Shown one piece after another: positions 26,483 through 39,829 of a stretch of 64,000 nt of DNA. The notes under the pieces were generated by a model. It worked only from the letters and a program-made list of their open reading frames with translations, was not told the DNA's origin and did not search any database. The stretch is from Octopus sinensis (taxonomy: Eukaryota), in assembly GCF_006345805.1 (NCBI RefSeq), contig NC_043007.1:33790001-33854000 (forward strand). Reading direction: 5' to 3'. A program made the position numbers and the translations under genes. Every line of letters begins with the position of its first letter. Positions within the stretch are counted from its first letter, which is position 1.

Positions 26483-26857
26483 GGGAAGCACTCCGTCGGT
26501 TACGACGATGAGGGTTCCGGTTGATCCGAATCAACGGAAAAGCCTACTCGTGAAATTAACGTGAAAGTGGCTGAGCACTCCACAGACACGTGCACCCTTA
26601 ACGAAGTTCTCGGGGATATTCAGCGTGACACAGAGAGTGACAAGGCCGGCCCCTTGAAATACAGGTACAACAGAAACAGGAAGTAAGAGTGAAAGAAGGT
26701 TGTGGTGAAAGAGTACAGCAGGGATCACCACCATCCCCTGCCGGAGCCTCGTGGAGCTTTTTAGGTGTTTTCGCTCAATAAACACTCACAACGCCCGGTC
26801 TGGGAATCGAAACCGCGATCCTATGACCGCGAGTCCGCTGCCCTAACCACTGGGCCA
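26483..26857 (-). mobile_element. tRNA-derived SINE, tail type 1
   Basis: Reverse complement of 30256-30647; inserted in (GTAT)n. Confidence 0.85.
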
Positions 26858-27138
26858 GTATGTATGTATGTATGTATGTATGTATATAGGTATGTATGTC
26901 TGCCAATCTATTTATCTATTTATCTATCTTGACCGTCTGTCGGTCTGTCCGTATGAATGTATGAACTCGTGGCATTATGTCTTTCGATATTCAAGTATAT
27001 ACACATAGAAACACTTTGATAAACAGATTTTCAGACACAGGAACGTATAACTGAGAAATAGAGAAAGAATATGTACGAAAGAGAAAGAGAGAGCGGAGGG
27101 AGGAGTGAGTGAAAAAGAGAGGGTTACAGAGGAATTGT

Positions 27139-27185
<47 letters not shown>

Positions 27186-27679
27186 TGAACAACAGTGATT
27201 ATAACGGAAGGATTTTAATTAACTAAATTGCTAGCAGGGCAAAAGTGCCAGCCTAATCGATATACAATATTGGTCTTCTTCAAAGTTGATCAAAGATATG
27301 AAGCATAGCAAATGGTAAAGTAACGGTTCCCTCCACCCAACTCCACTGCCAGACATATTCTGTCATTATAAAACTATTATATTATGTCTAGTGATCCAGA
27401 GACAAGTCCACAAGTTAACGTTTGTATGTTCAGGTGTTTAGGCTAAATTTGATTTTTTTTACGTCTCTTTTTTTCAAGAACAACTTCATGTATTGGTGAA
27501 TAGTCGACGGCGCTGGAGAGCATAAAGATTAAAGTTGTAGTTGAGAAAAAGTTGAATGACATGGTGGACTGGATGCTATCTGAATATTCGAAAAGAATCA
27601 CCTGTATCGTGATGATTATAGCCGGGCATCAAGAGGCCAGCATCATGACTGTGGCTCAATGATCTGCGAACACTGTAAA

Positions 27680-27810
27680 GGTTGTAGGAGTGGCTGTGTG
27701 GTTAGTAGCTTGCTTACGAACCACATGGTTCCGGGTTCAGTCCCACTGCGTGGCACATTGGGCAAGTGTCTTCTACTGTAGCCTCGGGCCGACCAAAGCC
27801 TTGTGACTTG
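27680..27810 (+). mobile_element. tRNA-derived SINE head fragment (A box GGCTGTGTGG, B box GGTTCAGTCCC, TTGGGCAAG core)
   Basis: Matches the head of the family at 60939-61340. Confidence 0.75.
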
Positions 27811-27924
27811 TAGAGCTCTACATTTTAAATTGATGTAATGAAATGATTGCATTGTTCAATTAAATGGAGTCGCATGAAACGATCGTAGTGCATTACCTCT
27901 GGATATCCTTGTTGCTTATTTTGA

Positions 27925-28172
27925 TACATACATACATACATACATACAGACATGACTGGTTGTCTACTCATGCAGAGTCTGACCACCTCTTGTATTTACA
28001 CTCTAGATCCATCACGGCATCTGATGTGGCTTTTTAAGCCAGACAATGTATTGAAGAAACATCCATATAAATTGCATATCTGATTTGGATCATAAAGAGC
28101 TGCAGTTAAGTCCTGATCTTTGTGGATCTTAAAATGTCTTTTGAAGCCACCGTTAGACTTGCAAACCTTGTG

Positions 28173-28175
<3 letters not shown>
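27925..28175 (-). mobile_element. Probable RTE LINE 3' end with two decayed C2H2 fingers and a (TATG)n tail
   Basis: CHKVCKSNGGFKRHFKIH and CNLYGCFFNTLSGLKSHIRCR, then a stop, about 45 nt of UTR and (TATG)n. Confidence 0.5.
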
Positions 28176-28249
<74 letters not shown>

Positions 28250-28408
28250 TACACATATATGTATGTATATGTGAAGGAGCATGGCTTGGTAGTTAATAAG
28301 ATGTTGCACTCACGATCGCGAGACCGTTGGTTCGATTCCCAGTTCAGGCGTTGCCTTTTTTACACACAAACACACACGCACGGTCTCTCTCTCTCCCTAT
28401 CTTTTACA

Positions 28409-28453
<45 letters not shown>

Positions 28454-29087
28454 CCTGTATGCATACATATATACATATATACTCTAGTATGCAGAAACCC
28501 GTTTGCATGTACATAGCCAAACATAGTTATACGTATCGCTTTCCATACATGTTGTCGGGGCCATATTTATTTCATTGATTTATCAATCCGCATTCTTTAT
28601 CATCGCTATTATTCCATTCCATTCCATCTAACAACGTGACCTTTTCCAACCGAACTTTTAAAGTACATCCATTTTATGATGTACAGTTTACTGCAAAAAA
28701 AAAAAAAAAAAAGAAAAATGATGTGTGACAAAATTTTTCTTTCTTTCGCTGAAGACATTTCCTTGCATCTTATCTGTCTCTTAATATCAGTAAATTGCTA
28801 TGAAAGAATATCGGATTTCATAACATTGTAACGCGACTCTCTCACACATAAACACACACATGCACACACATGTATGGATTCATTATTAAATATATACACA
28901 AGTATATGCTTACATGTATATATACACACACACAGCACGCATACATAATTTTATACGCTTGTATACATACGGTTATAACATATATAACAGAAGATATATA
29001 TATTATATATATAATAATATCGTTATATAATCTAATATATATAATATATATATATATATATATTTTTTACGTTTCATAGTGCTAATG

Positions 29088-29122
<35 letters not shown>

Positions 29123-29143
29123 TATATATATATAAATATAGAT

Positions 29144-29243
29144 NNNNNNNNNNNNNNNNNNNNNNNNNNNNNNNNNNNNNNNNNNNNNNNNNNNNNNNNN
29201 NNNNNNNNNNNNNNNNNNNNNNNNNNNNNNNNNNNNNNNNNNN
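29144..29243. other. Assembly gap (100 N)
   Basis: Run of N. Confidence 1.
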
Positions 29244-29369
29244 TTATAAAAACCTATTTTCAGGAAAATGCTGTCGAAATAATATAGAAATAGTGGTGAC
29301 GTTTGATGACAGAGGTGTGTACTGAAACCAGGTGTTTGCCTTTGTACGTGTTTATCTGCGACAAAGAGG

Positions 29370-29990
29370 GAAGAAAGAGAGAGAGAGAGAGATTTTGCGA
29401 TGAAAAATATAATAATTGAAGTGAACGAAGTGTCAGCGGAAGCTGAGGAGTGGCGATAGATGTAACTATTGAGAGAGAGAGAAAGAGAGAGAGAGAGAAA
29501 GAAAGAAAAAAAGAAAGAGAAGAGAGAGAGAGAGAGAGAAAGAAAGAGAGAGAGAGAGAGAAAGAAAGAGAGAGAGAGAAGAAAGAAAGAGAGAGAGAAA
29601 GAGAGAGCAAGTTAGAGACAGACAGAGGCTGAGACAGGCAGAGAGAATCAGAGAGAGACAGACAGATGAGGAGAATGTGATTGAGAGAGACAGAGAGAGA
29701 GAGACGAGGAGAAAGTGTATGTGTGTGTGTGTGCGTGTGTGAGAGAGAGAGAGCGAGAGAGAGACAGAGAGAGAGGGAGAGAGAGAGAAAGAAAGAGAGA
29801 GAGAAAAAGAGAAAGAAAGAGAGAGAGAAAGAGAGAAAGGAAGAGAGAAAGAGAGCAAGATGGAGACAGACAGAGGCTGAGACAGGCAGACAGAAACAGA
29901 GTGAGACAGAGAGAGAGGAGGAGAATGTGATTGAGAGAGAGAAGAGGGACGAGGAGAATGTGTGTGTAAGTGTGTGTGTGTATGTGTGTT

Positions 29991-30051
<61 letters not shown>

Positions 30052-30065
30052 GAGAGAGAGAAAAT
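29370..30065. repeat. Compound (GA)n/(GAAA)n/(TG)n microsatellite with an internal duplication of about 245 bp
   Basis: GAGACAGACAGAGGCTGAGACAGGCAGA...GAGAATGTGATTGAGAGAGA occurs twice (about 29610 and 29860). Confidence 0.85.
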
Positions 30066-30255
30066 GGGATGAGCATAAGGAAATACGAAGCAAAGTGCAA
30101 TCTAAGTCACAAGAGAAAATGGAAAGAACAATAGACAAATCATTTTACCAACAGAAATAAACAAGAAAAACGGTATCATTTAGATTTGCATCATACATTA
30201 ACATAGATACCAACTGCGCCAAATATCCTTACGTTGGTCATTATAGTTAAAATCT

Positions 30256-30647
30256 TTGGAGGCGCAATGGCCCAGTGGTTAGGGCAGCGGACTCGCGGTC
30301 ATAGGACCGCGGTTTCGATTCCCAGACCGGGCGTTGTGAGTGTTTATTGAGCGAAAACACCTAAAGCTCCACGAGGCTCCCTCCGGCAGGGGATGGTGGT
30401 GATCCCTGCTGTACTCTTTCACCACAACTTTCTCTCACTCTTACTTCCTGTTTATGTTGTACTTGTATTTCAAAGGGCAGGCCTTGTCACTCTCTGTGTC
30501 ACGCTGAATATCCCCGAGAACTACATTTAAGGGTACACGTGTCTGTGGAGTGCTCAGCCACTTACACGTTAATTTCACGTGCAGGCTGTTCCGTCGATTC
30601 GGATCAACCGGAACCCTCGTCGTCGTAACCGACGGAGTGCTTCCATC
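30256..30647 (+). mobile_element. tRNA-derived SINE, tail type 1, full length with a 12-bp TSD
   Basis: Head GGAGGCGCAATGGCCCAGTGGTTAGGGCAGCGGACTCGCGGTC..GGTTTCGATTCCC. TSD TAGTTAAAATCT at 30244-55 and 30648-59. Confidence 0.88.
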
Positions 30648-31462
30648 TAGTTAAAATCTGTTGACTGTTGTACTCTCTAGCCTTTTCCCGCTGCCTATCG
30701 TAATTGTTGACGTTCACGAAATTACGGACCCAATCCTTTATTATTTCCACAGAATAGATCGTTTGCATTCTGTTCTCCGCACCAGAGATGTAAGGGATAG
30801 CATACGGATACGCTCCTATCTTTCGCCTACTTGTGATGACGACTGCTAAACCTGCATGTCCTCAAATTCGTTTTCATATATATTTTTTATTTCTTTTACT
30901 TGTTTCATTCATTTGACTGCGGCCACTCCACATAGACACACGCGAACCCTTAACGTAGTTTTCGGGGAGATTCAGCGCGACACAGTGTGACAAGGATTGC
31001 CCTTTAAAATACAGGTACAACAGAAACAGGAAGAAAGAGTACGAGAAAGTTGTGGTGAAAGACTACAGCAGGTTTCGCCACCACCCACTGCCGTTAGCCT
31101 CGTGGAGCTTTAGATGTTTTCGCTCAATAACCACTCACAATGGTCTCGGATGGTAAATGATTTTATTTTTCATTCCTTTCGAAGTTTTATCCCTAATAGT
31201 GGTTTGGAATTTAACTGTCCTGTCAAGCGTGCAGGTAGTCCTATGATGGATGCCTCTTATGTGTTTAAATGTATACTGTATTTATGTGAATAATATATAT
31301 ATAGATATATATATATATATACACGCACACACACAACACACACACACACACCACACACATATATATAATATACATATGTATGTATATATGCATTTATATT
31401 AAAGTTAATCCAAACATGAAAAAACACAAAGAGAAAAACCCAACACATGTATATACTTGATG

Positions 31463-31495
<33 letters not shown>

Positions 31496-31582
31496 TGATA
31501 GATAGAAAAAATAAATAGATAGATAGATAAATAGATAGATTGATAGATAGATAGATAGATAGATAGATAAAAAGGTAGATAG

Positions 31583-31661
<79 letters not shown>

Positions 31662-31662
31662 C

Positions 31663-31728
<66 letters not shown>

Positions 31729-32585
31729 CAGCAACCAACTAACCAACGTTTACATCGCCTTTTAGTATAGAGAGATAATTATAATTCTTAATCTCAGGAA
31801 TTCAGACTATAGTTATTTCGTTAACCGTCCATTTATGTTCGTAATATACGTCATAGCTGTAATTTCACCTTGATATTGGTTTATAACAAAATCCGTTAAT
31901 GCAAATAGAAGACAAATAAATCCCAAATAATTCTGGTCCATTTTCCCTTGTGGTGTTTACCGAATGCATACACGTAATAAGTTTAAATCTGACGAACTAG
32001 ATCCCAGCTATTTATTTTTATGATGATGCCCTTTGTTAAGTAACTAACTATTAAAAGTGTAAAGCTGTTGAAATTATACTCAACGGCTTCCTTTGTAAAC
32101 TTGTCTCTGAGTCTCTTATGTCAGTCTTAATCGGTAAATTCTTTAGCGTATAAACACAATGCTAGAAACTGCTTCGATTACTATCACATAAATCCATCCA
32201 TCCATACATTCGTCCATCCATCTATGCATCCATTCGTCCGCTCTAATTATAGAGAATTTGCCTTTAGTTAAAATACGTTAACTGAACTAAGTTTATTTTT
32301 CCTCATCTTTGCTTGACGTTGATGCTGCTATGTCATATATATATATTATATTATATATTATAGATATATATATATATATATATATACTACAAAATTAGAG
32401 AATGGAGAAATATACTTAAATCAGTAAAAAATCAACTATCCGATGATACTCAATCCATACTTTAATACACCATTACTATGAGTAAAGGCAATACATAAAA
32501 TGAAATGAGATATACAGTAATAGTAAAAAGATAAAGAGATATAAGTAAAAAATTTTCAAATATAATATGCAAATAAATCAAAACT

Positions 32586-32689
32586 GACAGCTGTTTCGGC
32601 AGTGAGGACAGTCATACCTCATTTAACCTATAAGTCATAAAGGCAGGTATAAATGAGGCATTAACAAGGATGCCCCACGGCCTCTTCAG
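32586..32689 (-). ncRNA. Hammerhead ribozyme motif (left arm)
   Basis: Reverse complement of 36727-36830. Confidence 0.72.
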
Positions 32690-33035
32690 AGAATTAAATT
32701 AAATTTGTTATAATAGTGAAAAATATTATACAATCATATACATATAAATATAAAATATAAAAATGTAAAATATAAAAACTTATACATCATAAAGCTACAC
32801 TTATATAATATAATACACATTTGTACAAAAATGGAAGGTAAACAGAACAAAATAAAACAAAATATAAATAGTGTATATATTAATATCAATAAGTACCGAT
32901 ATTATACATATTTGGCTAATAGTTTTTTTTATATATATATAAAAAAGGCTAACATATATGGAGATGAAAAATAATAATTAAATCCGTGGTACAGTTCATA
33001 AGATTCTAAAGCTATAAAAGTTAATAAAAATTACT

Positions 33036-33096
<61 letters not shown>

Positions 33097-36000
33097 TATA
33101 ATAAAAAATAGATACAGTTAAGTTAGCACCAAGTCCATCCTTACAAGATCGAAATAACTATGAGTTAAGAAATGCTGACCACTAGGTAAAGAAAATATAG
33201 ATTAATTCGATTGGCTATTGGTTTGAAATTTAAATCACAAAAGAAAATTATACGGTTGGTTAGTCAGGGAACGCCAATATTCACACACGCATCTACAGAT
33301 CAATCGCACATACACACATAGTAATATGTATATGCATACACTTATACACATACATAATTACAAGCAACAACTAGCACATAGATAAACAAAAAGGGAAGCA
33401 ACTATGCTACAATTAGTCCTTCAAAATTATAATTGTGCCTCAATAATAAAAGAAGAACCATCCATGCATTCCATAAAATATTTAATTTAGATATAAATAT
33501 ATTTTTAAATATCAGTATGTTACTAAGTCAGATACTATTTCATGGGTAACTTAAAATTTATAACACCGGTTTGTTGCAGAGTAAACATACGGTTGTTAGA
33601 TTTATCGTAAGTTTGTTATGGTTTTAAGTACGCTAAATTATAAAATATAAAATATAAAATATATATTAATTTAAATATTATAAATAAGTCACTTATTAAC
33701 TTAATAAATATAGTGCCATAATATACCAGTTTAGGCATTAAAGAATAGAAGGGGAAGTATTAATGTAAACGCTTATGAGAACATCACAGAAATTTTAAAT
33801 AAATTTATATTATAAAGACTTAAGATGAAAAGAGATAAAATAAATAAGAAGGAATAAATACGAAGGAATAAATACGGTTATACACATAATTATAAGTACA
33901 AACCAGTATATATGTATTCATATTATTAAAATTAAATAAAAATAAATGATAGATATATGTATAAAACTACCCCAGTATAAGTAAATAAGTAAAAAATAAA
34001 TAGGTAGCAAATTAGAGGACTTGATATGTATGTAAACATCTACACTTAAATAGGCAAATAAATAACTAAATAGAAGACTAGATGCAAAAATTGATAATAT
34101 TACAATAAATGGGAAATAAATAAAAAATAATAAATAGAGTGAATATATATGTTATATGGTTGAAAGTAAATATGTATGGAAGGATAGTTTAAGTACAGTC
34201 CAGAAGACTATAGATATAAACTAAATATATGATGCTGTAATAATTATAAAGCATAATGCATGTAAATGAGAAAATGAAAAAAATGAAAAGGTTTATCAGT
34301 GAATAGCATAGATACAAATTAAGGTGAGTACAAAAAGACCAAATATACAATAAAAAAACAAAGATGGAATTATCACAGATATACTTTTAGGAATAAAAAT
34401 AGAATGTACTCTACAGGGCTAAGTGCATACATTTGGGAGCTTAAAAATAAGAACTTAGATTTTAGATTAAACTGAAAATACTAACTTCAGCACCTGTGTA
34501 TAATGGAAAAAATAAAAATGCTCTCTATGTATTAATGAAATTTTCTCATTATTAAAGCGGGTCGGCCAAATTATTAACAACATAATGAAAAAAAATCTTT
34601 TGTATTCATAGGCTACCGTTCACCTTTTCTAGATTCAAATAGAACTTAGCACTTCCACTATTATTAATTTTTTTAACTCCCTTCTTTAACTAAATATACC
34701 TGTGGTCTTCTATAATTTCTAAAGTATACAATTTTATATTTTATAATTTTATAATTTATAGCTACATTTGTATAATAATTAATGGATGTGTCTAGTATAT
34801 TGGTTTCTTGTTTTTTGTATGTGGGTTTTTGTTTGTTTTTTAAGAGAATTGCAATATGACATAAAATAACATATTCATTTTGGTACTTGCCTTGTAATGT
34901 GTGATTTTTGAAGTTTTCCAATATTGCATAGTATATTGCATAGTATATATATATATCTTGGGTAGATACCTAGCTCTGGATAATGTAATGATATTGTATA
35001 ATATGTAATATATGAGAGCCTTTTGTGAGTTTGGTGGGTAGGTTGGGTTTAGGTTGAGATTATAGGTTTTTTGTATGTGTTTGGAAGGTTTTTATTGTAT
35101 ATTTGGTCTTTTTGTACTCACCTTAATTTGTATCTTATGCTATTCACTGATAAACCTTTTTCATTTTTTCATTTTCTCATTTACATGCATTATGCTTTAT
35201 AATTATTACCAGCATCATATTTAGTTTATATCTATAGTCTTCTGGATCTGTACTTTAAACTATCCTTCCATACATATTTACTTTCAACAATATAACATAT
35301 ATATTCACTCTATTTATTATTTTTTATTTATTCCCATTTTATTGTAATATTATCAATTTTTGCATCTAGTCTTCTATTATTTATTTATTTGCCTATTTAA
35401 GTGTAGATGTTTACATACATATCAAGTCCCTAATTTGCTACCTATTTATTTTTACATAATATCTATCATTTATTTTTATTTAATTTTAATAATATATGAA
35501 TACATATATACTGGTTTGTACTTATAATTATGTGTATAACCGTATTTATTCCTTCGTATTTATTCCTTCTTATTTATTTTATCTCTTTTCATCTTAAGTC
35601 TTTATAATATAAAATTTATTTAAAATTTCTGTGATGTTCTCATAAGCGTTTACATTAATACTTCCCCTTCTATTCTTTAATGCCTAAACTGGTATATTAT
35701 GGCACTATATTATTAAGTTAATAAGTGACTTATTTATAATATTTAAATTAATATATATTTTATATTTTATATTTTATAATTTAGCGTACTTAAAACCATA
35801 ACAAACTTACGATAAATCTAACAACCGTATGTTTACTCTGCAACAAACCGGTGTTATAAATTTTAAGTTACCCATGAAATAAGTATCTGACTTAGTAACA
35901 TATGATATTTAAAAATATATTTATATCTAAATTAAATATTTTATGGAATGCATGGATGGTTCTTCTTTTATTATTGAGGCACAATTATAATTTTGAAGGA

Positions 36001-36321
36001 CTAAATTGTAGCATAGTTGCTTCCCTTTTTGTTTATCTATGTGCTAGTTGTTGCTTGTAATTATGTATGTGTATAAGTGTATACATATACATATTACTAT
36101 GTGTGTATGTGCGATTGATCTGTAGATGCGTGTGTGAATATTGGCGTTCCCTGACTAACCAACCGTATAATTTTCTTTTGTGATTTAAATTTCAAACCAA
36201 TAGCCAATCGAATTAATCTATATTTTCTTTACCTAGTGGTCAGCATTTCTTAACTCATAGTTATTTCGATCTTGTAAGGATGGACTTGGTGCTAACTTAA
36301 CTGTATCTATTTTTTATTATA

Positions 36322-36380
<59 letters not shown>

Positions 36381-36726
36381 AGTAATTTTTATTAACTTTT
36401 ATAGCTTTAGAATCTTATGAACTGTACCACGGATTTAATTATTATTTTCATCTCCATATATGTTAGCCTTTTTTTATATATATATAAAAAAAACTATTAG
36501 CCAAATATGTATAATATCGGTACTTATTGATATTAATATATACACTATTATATATTTTGTTTTATTTTGTTCTGTTTACCTTCCATTTTTGTACAAATGT
36601 GTATTATATTATATAAGTGTAGCTTTATGATGTATAAGTTTTTATATTTTACATTTTTATATTTTATATTTATATGTATATGATTGTATAAATTTTTCAC
36701 TATTATAACAAATTTAATTTAATTCT

Positions 36727-36830
36727 CTGAAGAGGCCGTGGGGCATCCTTGTTAATGCCTCATTTATACCTGCCTTTATGACTTATAGGTTAAATGAGGT
36801 ATGACTGTCCTCACTGCCGAAACAGCTGTC
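36727..36830 (+). ncRNA. Hammerhead ribozyme motif (right arm)
   Basis: CTGAAGA-GGCCGTG...CACTGCC-GAAA-C-AGCT-G-TC. Stem II has one mismatch; predicted cleavage after 36830. Confidence 0.72.
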
Positions 36831-37220
36831 AGTTTTGATTTATTTGCATATTATATTTGAAAATTTTTTACTTATATCTCTTTATCTTTTTACTATTACT
36901 GTATATCTCATTCATTTTATGTATTGCCTTTACTCATATGTAATGGTGTATTAAAGTATGGATTGAGTATCATCGGATAGTTGATGTTTTACTGATTTAA
37001 GTATATTTCCATTCTCTAATTTTGTAGTATTAATTTACGGTAATATTATTACCTTTACCCAATATAATGCAATAGATGAACTGATTGTTTGACAATTTTT
37101 AACATCTATGTATTAATTTTGTTGGGTACCTATCTAGCAGTATATTGGATATATATTATCCCATGGTGGGTTGAATTTTCAACCCCTATCTCATTTTATA
37201 TATATATATATATAATATAT

Positions 37221-38315
37221 TTAATCAATATAGGGTGGCAAAAAATTTGTAGAATGTTTTTGCCACCAGTGGCCTAGTGGGAAAAAATTACATAGTCATA
37301 GACCATTTTTAAGTTCAACATCACAATCAAGGAACGGCCATAATAGGCCATTCACCCACTAGAAATAACAGCCAAAGCTTCAACCGCAAAATAACATTAA
37401 TTCCGTAAACCAGGAGAAAATTAAAAAACATTTACCCTGTAATTTCTTATACGATGCACCGTTTCATCTACTGTTTAATGGTAAACTAACCTGATTAAAT
37501 TAAATCAAGCCAATCGTCCATAGGCCCTTAGAATCGTCAGTAAGAAATAGCCAGATCGGAACAGATATTTTCACGAGGCATTCTGTCCCTGCCTCGGCAA
37601 TATCTGACCTAAAATTTTCAAATCATCGCACTCGCGCCAAATTTATCGGCAGCAAATAAATATAAGCCGCCGATTCCATTACGGAATTAACCAGAAAATT
37701 CATAATTAATCAATATAGGGTGGCAAAAAATTTTGTAGAATTTTTTTGCCACCAGCGGCCTAGTGGGGACAAAAAATTAAATAGTCATAGACCATTTTTA
37801 AGTTCAACATCACAATCAAGGAACGGCCATAATAGGCCATTCACCCACTAGAAATAACAGCCAAAGCTTCAACCGCAAAATAACATTAATTCCGTAAACC
37901 AGGGAAAAATTAAAAAACATTTACCCTGTAATTTCTTATACGATGCACCGTTCATCTATGTTTAATGGTAAACTGACTGATTAAATTAAATCAAGCCATC
38001 TTCATAGGCCCTTAGAATCGTCAGTAAGAAATAGCCAGATCGGAACAGATATTTTCACGAGGCATTTCTGTCCCTGCCTCGGCAATATCTGACCTAAAAA
38101 TTTTCAAATCATCGCACTCGCGCCAAATTTATCGGCAGCAAATAAATATAAGCCGCCGATTCCATTACGGAATTAACCAGAAAATTCATATTAATCATAT
38201 AGGGTGGCAAAAAATTTTGGAGAATTTTTTTGCCAACAGCCTTATTTGCGGTTGAAGCTTTGGTGTTATTTCTGTGGTGAATGGCCTATTATGGCCGGTC
38301 CTTGATTGTTTGATG
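37221..38315 (+). repeat. Tandem repeat of about 485 bp (two units plus a partial third), ending in an inverted partial copy; contains possible PLE RT remnants
   Basis: TAGGGTGGCA at 37231, 37716 and 38200. 38240-38315 is the reverse complement of part of the unit. Broken translations HFKFN, QGTAI and INSVNQ...NFL..D...NGKLT...KP. Confidence 0.75.
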
Positions 38316-38911
38316 ATATAATAGATATATAATATTTTTATTGTTTTAAAAAATATATATATAACATTTAGGTTTTTTTCTCACTATCCTTTCTCTAATA
38401 TTTTCCTCTCCCTACACAGTTCTCTGTCTGTCTCTCTCTCCCTCACTCTTCCTCCCTTGCTCACATGGCTCCCACGTGACCATCGACCATCTCCTAGCTT
38501 GTGTTTCTTTCTTTCTCTCCGTTGTAGGTGGATCAAGGAAGACGTGTTCATGTCTGTCTCCTGTCCAAGCTTGATTTACGCGATCGCCACAAAAACCTCG
38601 TTTAGGCTCAGCAGCCCTTCCTGTTTGTTTTCACTGTCCTGTTTGTGTTACCAATTTTGACCCTCGCAAAATCCCAAATTTCATTTAATTTGCTTTATGG
38701 GTGCAACTGTTTTATCGAAAGCGTATATTGTTGCTAAATGCTTGAAATACGAGAGTAGAAAAACACCAACAACTGATGACGGGTCGTTCTTTGTGTTCTT
38801 TGCCTTGTTTTCCATTTGTATCATTCGTTGTTCGAAAACATATTTCATATACCATGTACTCATACTTCATATTTTTGTTGTACACGTTTCGTGACGTCCT
38901 CTGTCCACGTA

Positions 38912-38962
<51 letters not shown>

Positions 38963-39829
38963 TATATACACGTATAGATGTATGTATATATACGTATGTA
39001 TATATGCATATATATATATGTATATCATATTACATAATATATAATATATATATGTGTGTGTGTATGTATATATTGATAAGTGTATGTGTACATATATATG
39101 CATACATATACGTATGCATAAATGTACGCATGCATACGAATGTACTTGCCATACATCCCTCATTACTCACCGATAAATGAAAATATGTGTATATTTATAT
39201 ATATATATATATGTATATATGCATTTACATATACATACATACATATATTTATATATATGTAAGTATATGTATAAATTATATATATATTTAAATGTATATA
39301 TATGCATACATGTATGTATGTGCACTTATTATGTGTGTGTATGTATGTAAGAATGTATGTATGTATGTATGTATGTATGTATGTATGTATGTATGTATGT
39401 ATGGACCCTCTTAATTATCAATCCCAGTGTCTGTAGTGTAAAATAAAAGATGTAATAACAAAAAAGAAAATAATTAACATGATTATTCAAGCCCGTAAAA
39501 CCAGTTTGTTGCCGGCTTCACACTTTGAACTTATCACCCGATAACTGCTAACAAAAGCAGCTAATTTATCAAACACTATATTTGGCTGTCACCTATCTTA
39601 TTGTATAATTTTTTTTTTTTTGCTTTTTACTGTGTCTATTTATAACTTGACTAATTGCAATACCTTCTTATATTATCTAATGAGTTATCCATTTTAAATT
39701 CACACCTGCTGTTTATCATTTGCACTTCCTGCAACATTTAAACCGTAGTTTGATAGCGCAACATTTTCTTTCTAATTGCTTAACCCTTGAAAGTAAATGC
39801 TGACGATAGTAAATAAAATAGTTTCGACT

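Larger units (their letters stand above)
32384..37030. repeat. Large inverted repeat: arms 32384-34356 and 35089-37030 (about 1.95 kb each) with a 732-bp spacer; probably PLE-derived
   Basis: The arms are near-identical reverse complements, from ATACTACAAAATTAGAG to CAAATATACAATAAAAA. The left arm begins at a (TA)n tract. Confidence 0.9.

Noticed and set aside
27996-28175. C2H2 zinc fingers as an exon of a host zinc-finger gene
   Set aside because: No TGEKP linkers, decayed ligands, and it is followed by a short UTR and a simple-repeat tail. This fits a LINE 3' end better.
28265-28345. tRNA-like sequences here and at 26790-26857, 30258-30330 and 60090-60159 as tRNA genes
   Set aside because: They have A/B boxes but no complete acceptor stem and run on into SINE bodies.
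38772-38840. CTGATGA...CGAAA as a hammerhead
   Set aside because: No pairable stem II and no stem III/NUH.
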